Positions 1-8,093 of a stretch of 64,000 bases of DNA are shown piece by piece. The translations under genes and the position numbers were made by a program. The DNA is from Candidatus Parcubacteria bacterium (GTDB lineage: Bacteria > Patescibacteriota > Patescibacteriia > Patescibacteriales > UBA12075). Numbering within the stretch: position 1 is the first letter of the stretch; every line of letters starts with the position of its first letter. The DNA is taken from positions 157,006 through 221,005 of the forward strand of contig PKTK01000001.1 of assembly GCA_002869165.1 (NCBI GenBank). The letters are read 5' to 3'. The notes beneath the pieces are model-generated. The model was not told the origin of the DNA. It searched no databases and worked only from the letters and a program-made list of their open reading frames with translations.

Positions 1-7
1 TTTTACA

Positions 8-241
8 ATGCCCATGAAATTTGTTAGTGTTGATGCTAGTGGAGCATCAAAAATAGAACTAGATGTTAGAGAGAAGTTGTACACAAGTAGCTCAGAGGCA
101 GCAAGTATAAAATATCGAGGCAGTGCTGATTTAGAAATTGTGAATGATGGGGAGACAGTCAATATCGAGCCGATGTATTTTAACGTAATTAATGGTGATG
201 AGCTTGATGAAAACGCAAAGATAAATATTGAAACATATTAA
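8..241 (+). CDS. hypothetical protein, possibly the 3' part of a gene starting upstream of the window
   Basis: ORF track; the frame stays open back to nt 2; acidic product with no recognisable motif. Confidence 0.3.
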   Translation: MPMKFVSVDASGASKIELDVREKLYTSSSEAASIKYRGSADLEIVNDGETVNIEPMYFNVINGDELDENAKINIETY

Positions 242-299
242 ATGTTTTTAATATATGGAATCCAAAAAAAGCAGTTCTTTTTCGAACTGTTTTTTGTTC

Positions 300-328
300 T
301 TGAAAAAAAGGCTTTAAAGTTGTATGAT
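300..328 (+). promoter_or_regulatory. candidate sigma-70-type promoter for the lipoprotein/phosphoesterase/ECF-sigma gene string
   Basis: TTGAAA 300-305, 17-nt spacer, TATGAT 323-328 preceded by TG; 27 nt upstream of ATG 355. Confidence 0.4.
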
Positions 329-354
329 GAAAGGTATTAGTATTAAAAACAAAT

Positions 355-1386
355 ATGAAAATTGGGAATTATTTATTATTATTTTTTAGTCTTTTTTTGC
401 TTAGCTCTTGTTCTGAAACAGTTTCTTTTGAAGCAGGAGATATCAAGGATGATTTTTGTGGAGTACATTTAAATTATCAGTATTGTAAGTGTGCATTTCA
501 TAATGATTTTTGTGATCAGATTGCTATGAGCAAAAAAGAGGCAAAAAAGTATGTAAATGAGCAGTATGATAAATGGCTAGAAACTGAATTGGCAGATTTT
601 GAAAAAACTTGCACTGAGGACAATGGAATATTTGAGAATAAAAAATGTAAATATTGCGGAGAAGATGAACTTGCTAGTGAAGGAAAATGCATAAGCCAGG
701 CAGATGTCTTAATCGAAGAAGATGGGATAATAAGTGAGGAAGGAGATGAGGGTGAGTGTAAGTATGATAGTGATTGTAAGCCAATCTGTGAAGGTAATAC
801 AATGTGGAAGATGGGATGTAACCCCAGGCTTAATATGTGCGAAAAGACTTTTGATACGAACTGCCGTTCCAATTCCGAAAGTTTTGGTGATATGATATTT
901 TCAATGGTTTGTTCTGGAGGCGAGTGCGTTAGAGACTTGGCAGCAGTTGATAATAAAAGACAAGAACTAGAGGAGAAGAAGAAAAAAGCATCAGACTCTT
1001 TGAAAGATCTAAATAAAAAAAGAGATGATTTAAATGTGGTAATGCTCGAAAGTAATAAAAATTGTTTGAATGGCATTGCAGATATGACTAATGTAGCTAT
1101 TGTGGAATTTGCTACCAGGGTTGCAAGTATATCAACTGGCGGGGTTCCAGATCTAGCGTCAGTTAGCGTTGATTATGTTAATGATGCTTTGAATCGCTTG
1201 GGAGCATATGCAAACGGAGAACCTGAAGAAGAGGAAAAAAAGCTAAAACCTGATGAATATATAAAAATAAATTGTGATTTATATAAATATTTTTCCGAAG
1301 AACTAGCTAGTACTGACCAGGAGCTTGATGAACTTTTAGAAGAAGCAAAGTCGGCTGAAGCTAGTTTGGAGCTTTTACCTAGTTAA
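355..1386 (+). CDS. Cys-rich lipoprotein with K/E-rich coiled-coil-like C-terminal half
   Basis: Lipobox LFLLSS|C at the N-terminus; Cys-rich core (CKYDSDCKPICEG...); 1-nt gap to the next gene. Confidence 0.7.
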   Translation: MKIGNYLLLFFSLFLLSSCSETVSFEAGDIKDDFCGVHLNYQYCKCAFHNDFCDQIAMSKKEAKKYVNEQYDKWLETELADFEKTCTEDNGIFENKKCKYCGEDELASEGKCISQADVLIEEDGIISEEGDEGECKYDSDCKPICEGNTMWKMGCNPRLNMCEKTFDTNCRSNSESFGDMIFSMVCSGGECVRDLAAVDNKRQELEEKKKKASDSLKDLNKKRDDLNVVMLESNKNCLNGIADMTNVAIVEFATRVASISTGGVPDLASVSVDYVNDALNRLGAYANGEPEEEEKKLKPDEYIKINCDLYKYFSEELASTDQELDELLEEAKSAEASLELLPS

Positions 1387-1387
1387 T

Positions 1388-2506
1388 ATGAAAACTAGAC
1401 TAATGATGATAGTGTTTTTATTTATAGCTTATTTGGTTATTTTGACGGGGCATATGATATTGTATTTTTTCTTGTCCCGTTCTTTTTTTGTGTCTAATCC
1501 TGAGGCTAGAATAAATTTGGCAATCATACTATTGGCTCTTTCAATGACTTTTCTTATATCATCAGTATTAGTTCATTTGTATAGTAGTTTTTTGACTAGG
1601 ATTTTTTATACAATTTCAGGTCTTTGGCTTGGTCTCATGCTAAATCTAATAATAGCATTTAGTTTTTCTTTTTTTGTATATTATTTTTTGTCATTTCTCC
1701 CTTTTAATCTTTCCTTGAAAATGTTTTCTATTGTCTCAGTTTTATTGGCTTTGCTGTTTTCTATTTATGGTGTTTATAATGTTTATAATATCAAGATAGA
1801 GGAGGTGAATATAAGTCGAGGTACGTGGCCGGAAGTTTGGAAAGATAAAAATGTTGTTTTTTTGAGTGATGTTCATCTTGGCGAGACTTTGGGTGAGAGT
1901 TTTTTGGAAAGGTTAATTTTAAAAATAAATAGCCTTGATCCGAATATTGTTTTGATTGGAGGAGATCTTTTTGATGGTATCGATGGCCACTTGGAAGAGT
2001 TTTCTAAATTGATTGATAAAATCGAAGCAAGAGAGGGGATATATTTCGTTAGTGGAAATCATGAAACTTATATGAGAGGAGTTGATTATTCGACAGAGCT
2101 TAAAAAAACAAAAGTACATATCCTTGAAGATGAGCTAATTGAAATAGATGGAGTGCAGATTGTTGGTATATCATATCCTGAAATGCATGGACTGAAGAAT
2201 ATGACAGAAACACTAAATTTAATAAATTCATACAAAAAAGAAATACCAAGTATTTTGCTTTTTCATGAACCAAAAAATATTGGAGCAATGAAGGAGGCAG
2301 GAATAAATTTGATGTTATCAGGTCATACTCACAAGGGACAAATGTGGCCATTTGGATTTGTTACGAAGTATTTATTTAAAGGAGCTGATTATGGCTTGCT
2401 AGAAAAAGATGATTTTTCAATATATACATCAAGCGGTGCTGGTGTTTGGGGCCCTAATATGAGAACAAGCGGAAAAAGTGAGATAGTAAAAATTATTTTT
2501 AATTAA
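1388..2506 (+). CDS. membrane-anchored metallophosphoesterase (calcineurin-like)
   Basis: Hydrophobic N-terminal third, then motifs DVHLG, GGDLFDG, GNHE, GHTH. Confidence 0.85.
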   Translation: MKTRLMMIVFLFIAYLVILTGHMILYFFLSRSFFVSNPEARINLAIILLALSMTFLISSVLVHLYSSFLTRIFYTISGLWLGLMLNLIIAFSFSFFVYYFLSFLPFNLSLKMFSIVSVLLALLFSIYGVYNVYNIKIEEVNISRGTWPEVWKDKNVVFLSDVHLGETLGESFLERLILKINSLDPNIVLIGGDLFDGIDGHLEEFSKLIDKIEAREGIYFVSGNHETYMRGVDYSTELKKTKVHILEDELIEIDGVQIVGISYPEMHGLKNMTETLNLINSYKKEIPSILLFHEPKNIGAMKEAGINLMLSGHTHKGQMWPFGFVTKYLFKGADYGLLEKDDFSIYTSSGAGVWGPNMRTSGKSEIVKIIFN

Positions 2507-3094
2507 ATGATTTTAGATGAAGGAAAAATTGAAAAAATAAGCGATGAAGAGCTGGTTTCTAAAGTTTTGGAAAACGAGGATTATTTTTTGTATCTAATGA
2601 GAAGGTATGAAACGAAATTATTGGCCTATATTTTACGTATATCAAGTAATAACAGTGAAGAAGCCGAGGATATTTTGCAAGATGTTTTTATTAAGGTGTA
2701 CAAAAATTTAAATAATTTTGATACAAATCTTAAATTTTCATCTTGGATTTATCGTATAACTCATAATGAAGTAATAAGTAAATACAGAAAAAATAAAAAA
2801 ATATTGCAATTTTCTGATCAAGAATTAAAAGACGAGATTTTCAATAGAATTGTTGATGATTTTGATGTAAAAGAAAAAGTAGACAATGATATACTTCGTA
2901 ATAAGTTACTTAAAAATATTGATTTGCTAGATGAAAAATATAGGAACGTTTTGGTATTAAAGTATTTTGAAGATAAAGAGTATGCAGAGATATCTTATAT
3001 TTTAGAAAAACCAGTTGGTTCTGTTGCTACTCTTTTGTATAGAGCAAAAAAGGAGTTAGCAAATTTGCTGCATCAAGATGATTTTAAAAAATAA
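2507..3094 (+). CDS. RNA polymerase sigma-70 factor, ECF subfamily
   Basis: Region 2 (DILQDVFIKVY, WIYRITHNEVISKYRK) and region 4 HTH (EYAEISYILEKPVGSVATLLYRAKKEL); start abuts the upstream stop (TAAATG). Confidence 0.85.
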   Translation: MILDEGKIEKISDEELVSKVLENEDYFLYLMRRYETKLLAYILRISSNNSEEAEDILQDVFIKVYKNLNNFDTNLKFSSWIYRITHNEVISKYRKNKKILQFSDQELKDEIFNRIVDDFDVKEKVDNDILRNKLLKNIDLLDEKYRNVLVLKYFEDKEYAEISYILEKPVGSVATLLYRAKKELANLLHQDDFKK

Positions 3095-4094
3095 TATGAC
3101 AAAAATTGATATAAGCAAAAAAGCTTTAGAAAAAATAAAATCAAGTCGTATCAAGCCTCGCGCTAAGTGGAAGTTTTTACTTACTGAAAATTTGTTTATA
3201 CTTCTTGAAATAGTGCTTGTTTTATTTACTGCTTTGTTTTTTGCTGTTACTATTAATCAACTCATTTATAGTGATTGGGATTTTTATGGCTATATAAATG
3301 GAAATTTATTTTATTATATTCTACAAGTTTTTCCATATTTTTGGTTTTTCTTTTTATTGTTGTTTTTTGTTTTAACATATTTGAATTTTAAAAATTTGAG
3401 AAGATCGTATAGATACAGCACTTACATAGTGCTTGGAACTTTTGTTTTTGTAGTGTTTAGTGCAGGCTATATTCTGTACACTATAGGCTATGCAAAAAAA
3501 ATTGATTTAACATTGATAGATAAATCAGAAATGTATTGTAATCATGTGAACAAGAGGCTAAACACCTGGAACCAGGCTGATAAGGGAATGATTGCTGGTA
3601 GGGTGATTGAGAATAAAGACAATTTTTTCATCATGCATGATCTTGAGGGGAATGTTTGGAATATTGTGTATGGCGATAGTTTATTGTTTGACAGGGAAGT
3701 TATAAACGAGGGAATGCCAATTCGGTTAGTGGGGGGCTTTGAAGAAAAGTTCAAAAATCTTGAACATAATATTTTAATAGCCAAAGAATTGATGCAGGAG
3801 GATTATCTGAATATAAAGTATTTTGATTTTGACAATCTAATTAATTCATTTTGTTTTTCTGATGATGACTGTAGTTTATCATTTGATTTTGCTATCCAGT
3901 CCAGGTGCCCATTCGATTCAGTTTGCATTAACCATACCTGTGAAACAGTTTGCCCGATTATGAATTTAAATAGCAGTGAAGGGTGTAGTGATGTTACAGA
4001 ATGTGATTGTGCTTCTTATTTGGCAACAGACAAAAAGGATTGTATTTGTGAGAATGAGAGGTGTTTGGTGGTGGTTGATGAAGTTAAGAATTAA
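3078..4094 (+). CDS. membrane protein with Cys-rich extracytoplasmic tail, candidate anti-sigma factor
   Basis: Overlaps the sigma gene by 17 nt; several hydrophobic segments; C-terminal CSLSFD..CPFDSVCINHTCETVCP..CDC..CICENERC. The anti-sigma call rests on position only. Confidence 0.55.
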   Translation: MILKNNMTKIDISKKALEKIKSSRIKPRAKWKFLLTENLFILLEIVLVLFTALFFAVTINQLIYSDWDFYGYINGNLFYYILQVFPYFWFFFLLLFFVLTYLNFKNLRRSYRYSTYIVLGTFVFVVFSAGYILYTIGYAKKIDLTLIDKSEMYCNHVNKRLNTWNQADKGMIAGRVIENKDNFFIMHDLEGNVWNIVYGDSLLFDREVINEGMPIRLVGGFEEKFKNLEHNILIAKELMQEDYLNIKYFDFDNLINSFCFSDDDCSLSFDFAIQSRCPFDSVCINHTCETVCPIMNLNSSEGCSDVTECDCASYLATDKKDCICENERCLVVVDEVKN

Positions 4095-4139
4095 GAATTA
4101 AGAATTAAGAATTAAGAATTAAGAATTAAGAATTAAGAA
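4084..4139. repeat. tandem heptamer array (TTAAGAA x 8)
   Basis: Eight perfect head-to-tail copies, starting inside the last codons and stop of CDS 3078..4094. Confidence 0.95.
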
Positions 4140-4153
4140 TAACCTCTTTTAAT

Positions 4154-4215
4154 TGTCATTCCCGGCTGGAGTTGTGAGCGAATGCGAGCAACGGAAGGGA
4201 AGGGAATCTCGTGAA
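4154..4215 (+). repeat. copy of dispersed TGTCATTC...GGAATCTC element
   Basis: TGTCATTCCCGGCTGGAG...GGGAAGGGAATCTCGTGAA; its ends match copies at 14713, 18117 and 18256(rc). Confidence 0.8.
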
Positions 4216-4243
4216 TTGTTTTGGAACTTTATGCGTTTTATTC

Positions 4244-4276
4244 AGACCTCCGACGTCTCTGAGACGTCGGAGGTCT
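4244..4276. repeat. perfect 16+1+16 palindrome AGACCTCCGACGTCTC-T-GAGACGTCGGAGGTCT (REP-like)
   Basis: Read directly; related to the CAGACCTCCGAGGTCTG palindrome inside the RayT-like gene at 53771-53820. Confidence 0.9.
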
Positions 4277-4343
4277 TTCGTTCGTGTTATCCTTTTGTTG
4301 CTCTTGTCTGCTATATATTTATGTGAGGTGAAGACAAACAAAA

Positions 4344-4372
4344 AAAGACCTTTTTTAAGATGGTCTTTTTTT
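4344..4372. terminator. bidirectional rho-independent terminator between convergent genes
   Basis: Stem AAAGACC / GGTCTTT with an A-run upstream and a T-run downstream; lies between the + gene ending 4094 and porB ending 4383. Confidence 0.55.
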
Positions 4373-4382
4373 GTGGTAGGGC

Positions 4383-5306
4383 TTATTTTAATCCGTATTT
4401 TTTGATATTATCATTAGCGATTTGTTGAATGTATTTGATCTGCTCTTTAGCAAGTTTGTTGTTTTCCAGTAAATGCTTGAATCTGCCTTGGGCCTTTAGA
4501 TAGTTGTCAACTTTTGGTGTTTTGGTTGGTACTTTCATTACATTTGTTAATTCACCATTTTCGTATTCTAATAAGGGATAAAGGCCGGTTTGAGCAGCTA
4601 ATTTTCCGATTTGCAGAGTCTGGTCAGGCGGAAATTTCCAACCAGGTACACAAGGGACCATGATTTGAATATAACTTGGGCCTGGGGTTTCAATGGCTTT
4701 TTTAACCTTAGCTTTGATATCTTCTAGATAGCCTACAGTGGTTTGAGCAACATAATTTAGTCTATGTGCTAAAGCGATAGCTACAATATCTTTTTTTCTA
4801 AGGTGTGAACCAATTGCATCAATGGATTTACCACTTCCAGATGGAGTAGTAGTGGTTGATGATCCCCAGGGAGTGGCAGTGGATGCTTGCATACCAGTAT
4901 TGGCATAGGCTTCATTATCATAGCAAACGTAAGTAATATCTTCACCTCTTTCCCACATACCAGAAATTAACCCGAAGCCAATGTCAAATGTTCCACCATC
5001 ACCGCCTTGGGCTAGTACTCTGGTCTTTTTTCCTTTGACTCCCTTAGAGTCAAGAGCAGCACGTACTCCAGAAGCAACCGCTGCAGCGTTTTCAAATAGT
5101 GAGTGTATCCAAGGTACGCCCCATGAACTTTCAGGATATGGAGAAGTGGTTACCTCAAGACAGCCTGTACCATTGGCTATAACTGTATTTGGCCCCATAG
5201 CTTCGATCACGGTACGAGCAGCAATCAGCTGACCACAACCCGCACAAGCTCTATGACCTGAGGCAAGTAAATGTTTTTTTGATTTAGGTTTTGTAGTTGT
5301 TGGCAT
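4383..5306 (-). CDS. porB: 2-oxoacid (pyruvate):ferredoxin oxidoreductase beta subunit (TPP-binding)
   Basis: CAGCGQ N-terminal Cys motif; TPP motif GDGGTFDIGF...YDNEAYANTG. Confidence 0.9.
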   Translation of the reverse strand: MPTTTKPKSKKHLLASGHRACAGCGQLIAARTVIEAMGPNTVIANGTGCLEVTTSPYPESSWGVPWIHSLFENAAAVASGVRAALDSKGVKGKKTRVLAQGGDGGTFDIGFGLISGMWERGEDITYVCYDNEAYANTGMQASTATPWGSSTTTTPSGSGKSIDAIGSHLRKKDIVAIALAHRLNYVAQTTVGYLEDIKAKVKKAIETPGPSYIQIMVPCVPGWKFPPDQTLQIGKLAAQTGLYPLLEYENGELTNVMKVPTKTPKVDNYLKAQGRFKHLLENNKLAKEQIKYIQQIANDNIKKYGLK

Positions 5307-5322
5307 AATATCTTTAATTTAA

Positions 5323-5425
5323 AAATTTATAATTTATAATTTGTAAACAATAATTAAATTTTTAAAATTTAAGAAATTATTAATTAAAAATTGTTTAAAA
5401 ATTATAAATTAAAAATTATAAATTT
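5323..5425. repeat. long imperfect AT-rich inverted repeat (hairpin) between porB and the DUF2283-like gene
   Basis: AAATTTATAATTTATAATTTGTAAACAATAATTAA pairs with TTAATTAAAAATTGTTTAAAAATTATAAATTAAAAATTATAAATTT. Confidence 0.7.
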
Positions 5426-5633
5426 AACTGGCTGGTATTATTTTTTTAATATCTTTTATATCTTTAATTTTATCAAATTGTCCTTTGAAGCTAGAAGCAT
5501 CAAGTATTTCTATTAGAATCGGTACACCTGTTTTTGACATGTGAATTATAATATTACCTATTTCGCGCGCATAGGATATTTCCCCCTTAGCAAGTTCTAG
5601 ACATATAATATTGGCCTCTGGATCGTAAATCAT
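5424..5633 (-). CDS. DUF2283-like small protein (candidate antitoxin)
   Basis: MIYDPEANIICLELAKGE...GVPILIEILDASSF fits the DUF2283 pattern as I recall it. Confidence 0.55.
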   Translation of the reverse strand: MIYDPEANIICLELAKGEISYAREIGNIIIHMSKTGVPILIEILDASSFKGQFDKIKDIKDIKKIIPAS

Positions 5634-5642
5634 ATTATTTAA

Positions 5643-5757
5643 TAAGCACTAAATTCTAATATCTAAATTCTAAATAATATCAAAATTCAAAATACAAATG
5701 TTTGAAACTTTAGATATTTGTGTTTTGAATTTGTTTAGAGTTTAGAATTTAGTGCTT
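5643..5757. repeat. long imperfect inverted repeat (hairpin) between the two small genes
   Basis: AAGCACTAAATTCTAA...CAAAATTCAAAATACAAAT pairs with ATTTGTGTTTTGAATTTG...TTAGAATTTAGTGCTT. Confidence 0.75.
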
Positions 5758-5764
5758 AGAGTTT

Positions 5765-5980
5765 TTACTTTACTGGATAAAAAGTAACTACTTTTTTTAA
5801 ATTACCGTGTTTCTGGTACACCACTTTGATGTTATCTTTTTTAGCTGATAAGTATTTACCTTTTTTACTGATCTTGTCAGGCATATTCAAACAATCCTCA
5901 ATTTCCTCACGCCGAAAAAACACCTTGTATTTATTCAATAGTTCAAACTTTTCTTCTGCGTATTTTGTGTAGTGGATCAT
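5765..5980 (-). CDS. DUF4258-like small protein (candidate toxin)
   Basis: 71 aa ending ...KVVYQKHGNLKKVVTFYPVK; adjacent to the DUF2283-like gene, a pairing I recall as recurrent. Confidence 0.45.
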   Translation of the reverse strand: MIHYTKYAEEKFELLNKYKVFFRREEIEDCLNMPDKISKKGKYLSAKKDNIKVVYQKHGNLKKVVTFYPVK

Positions 5981-5981
5981 A

Positions 5982-6851
5982 TTAGTGTGTAGTGTCCATG
6001 CAAACTTTTTTTACTGGATCGCAATACATTTGACTTGGACAACTATCAGAATTTTTACATTTCCTGTCCGTTTCTGTTGGAGGATGAATATCGTAGTAAC
6101 CTAGTTCCTTGTCATCTCCTATTGCATTAACTTTTTCCAAATTTAAATCTTTAAATTTTACCAAATCGGGGTTAACGATCCAAAGTAAAGTATAGGAAAA
6201 CATAGCTAAGGCTAGACCAGTTAGTGCAGCAATTATCCAGTCTTTAGCACCAGAAATCCTGGAAGCATTCCCCATGGAAGTTATCCAAATCAGACCATTT
6301 ATCATGATTATTACTGTGGCTATGATACCAACTACTCCAATAGCATACTGATAAATTGATTTTATATACTTTGCTATTGAGCTCGTGTCAGCCTTGGGTA
6401 TAAAACTTGAACTTGTATTACCACCGCTTGAGTTATTTGCTTGATTAGCAAGTTCAGCTTTTTTTTTATCACAATCTTCTTTATTAAGGGCGAATACTGT
6501 ACCATTTATATTACAATAAGTATTAATCTGGTTGTTGTTATTTTGGTTGGATGAGTCGTTACTTTCATTACTAGTATCACTGGTAACATCTGCGCTATCA
6601 GGTAGAGATGAGCCGTTATCTTCATTAGATGTGTTGTCACTAGAATCATCACTAGAATCAGGGTCCCCAGTATCCCAAGTATAGCCAGCAGCTTCGCAAG
6701 TAAGTTGAGTCCAGTTTGTTTCTGGCCCCCTGGGTGTGCCGCAATAAGCTGCTAGGACAGGTAAAAAGGGGGTAAAAGTAATATAGATTAGCAAAGATAA
6801 AAATAATGCCAATTTGAAATGTGGTATCCTGTTTTTGTTTATAATTTTCAT
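5982..6851 (-). CDS. T4SS pilin-like (VirB2/TrbC class, CPR 'T4SS_pilin' type) membrane protein with S/D/N-rich N-terminal region and Cys-containing tail
   Basis: Signal anchor; core IYQYAIGVVGIIATVIIMINGLIWITSMGNASRISGAKDWIIAALTGLALAMFSYTLLWIVNP has two TM helices around a G-N-x-x-x-I-x-x-AK loop. Confidence 0.55.
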   Translation of the reverse strand: MKIINKNRIPHFKLALFLSLLIYITFTPFLPVLAAYCGTPRGPETNWTQLTCEAAGYTWDTGDPDSSDDSSDNTSNEDNGSSLPDSADVTSDTSNESNDSSNQNNNNQINTYCNINGTVFALNKEDCDKKKAELANQANNSSGGNTSSSFIPKADTSSIAKYIKSIYQYAIGVVGIIATVIIMINGLIWITSMGNASRISGAKDWIIAALTGLALAMFSYTLLWIVNPDLVKFKDLNLEKVNAIGDDKELGYYDIHPPTETDRKCKNSDSCPSQMYCDPVKKVCMDTTH

Positions 6852-6874
6852 AGTGATTGTATTGTGAATCTATT

Positions 6875-8077
6875 TTATTTGTTAATAAATTTCATCTTAT
6901 CACCTGGTTTTTTAATTTCTACTAATATTTTATCAATCATTTTCTTGGTTATATCTTTTCCGCCTAGACCCACTATGAATGACTGAACTTTGGCCAGGGT
7001 TTCATTCTTGGCAGTGGCTTTCATGTCTAGAGCTAGAGGTCCGTCAGTGGCGCCTAGGGAAACGGCCTTTTCAAGAACTGCTACGAATTTGGCCTTTTGG
7101 ATGATTTTCAAGACTTCTTTTTCAGGGAAAGGACGGAAAGTTTTGATTTTGAGTACTCCAACTGAGTTGATGTTGAGCTTGGCTTTGAGTCCAGCGTTGT
7201 TTTCTATTTCATCAACAGCATCTTTGACTGTACCGACTAGTGAGCCCATAGCTACCAAAACTGTTGTTGGGTTCTTTGGTCCATAATATTCTATCAGGGC
7301 ATTGTTAACCTGAGCTTTCTTTTCTGACTGTTTAATAACTTCAGGAATTGCTTGTTTTAGGTTTTCGTATTCTCGTTTTAGAACTTTTTGGGAATCAACT
7401 AAGGCATCATGCAATTCTTCACGAATTTCCATGTAGTATGCTGGGGCTGCAAAAGCACCAAAACTTGCAGGATTGTCAGTATCTAGGAAGGCGCCTTTGG
7501 CTGGTTTGTAGTCAGGTAGATAGTTTTTGACCTGATTTGTACTTGGTACAGAAACTCCTTCATAAGTATGAGTTAATACAAAGCCATCAACATTTACCAT
7601 TACTGGCAATCCAACTTGCTCAGAAACTTTGTAGGCTAGTAGATGTTGCTCAACAGCTTCTTGATGATTTTCAGCAAAAAGTATTATCCAGCCAGCGTCA
7701 CGGATAGACATTGCATCTTGATGATCATTCCAGATAGTAATAGGAGCTGATACACCACGATTAGCACAGGTAAGAACTACCGGTAGTCTCATACCAGCAA
7801 TATTGTATAAAACCTCAGTCATTAGTAGTATCCCTTGGGAGCTGGTAGCAGTGTAGACTCGAACACCAGTAGCTGATGAACCAGCCACGATTGAAGCAGC
7901 AGCAAATTCGCTTTCAGCTCTAACGTATGTATATTTAGCTTTGTCATCAGCTTTAAATTTGGCTAGATCCTCCACAATATGTGTTTGTGGAGTTATTGGA
8001 TATGCTGAAATCACAGCCGGATTGATATTTTTTATTGTCTGGGCAATAGCTTGTGAGCCCTCAAGTATTTGTCTCAT
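6875..8077 (-). CDS. porA: 2-oxoacid (pyruvate):ferredoxin oxidoreductase alpha subunit
   Basis: 400 aa; N-terminal G.QAIAQ...AYPITPQT motif; adjacent to the other por subunits. Confidence 0.9.
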   Translation of the reverse strand: MRQILEGSQAIAQTIKNINPAVISAYPITPQTHIVEDLAKFKADDKAKYTYVRAESEFAAASIVAGSSATGVRVYTATSSQGILLMTEVLYNIAGMRLPVVLTCANRGVSAPITIWNDHQDAMSIRDAGWIILFAENHQEAVEQHLLAYKVSEQVGLPVMVNVDGFVLTHTYEGVSVPSTNQVKNYLPDYKPAKGAFLDTDNPASFGAFAAPAYYMEIREELHDALVDSQKVLKREYENLKQAIPEVIKQSEKKAQVNNALIEYYGPKNPTTVLVAMGSLVGTVKDAVDEIENNAGLKAKLNINSVGVLKIKTFRPFPEKEVLKIIQKAKFVAVLEKAVSLGATDGPLALDMKATAKNETLAKVQSFIVGLGGKDITKKMIDKILVEIKKPGDKMKFINK

Positions 8078-8093
8078 ATTTTATTCATTTAAA

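Noticed and set aside
516-1076. 186-aa minus-strand ORF antisense to the lipoprotein gene; similar antisense ORFs lie at 13414-13836, 14627-15142, 37617-38126, 41228-41557 and 46367-46909
   Set aside because: Each lies wholly inside or across a well-supported gene on the other strand. Their products are low-complexity S/L/F/K-rich strings typical of antisense reading of AT-rich coding DNA, and none has a motif or a plausible start context.
4084-4139. Possible CRISPR array
   Set aside because: These are 7-nt units with no spacers, and no cas genes are present in the window. It is a simple tandem repeat.
4156-4405. ORFs 4156-4341 (-) and 4211-4405 (+), and also 18103-18285 (+)
   Set aside because: They are read through dispersed repeats, palindromes and a terminator. 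Their 'proteins' are translations of the repeat elements.
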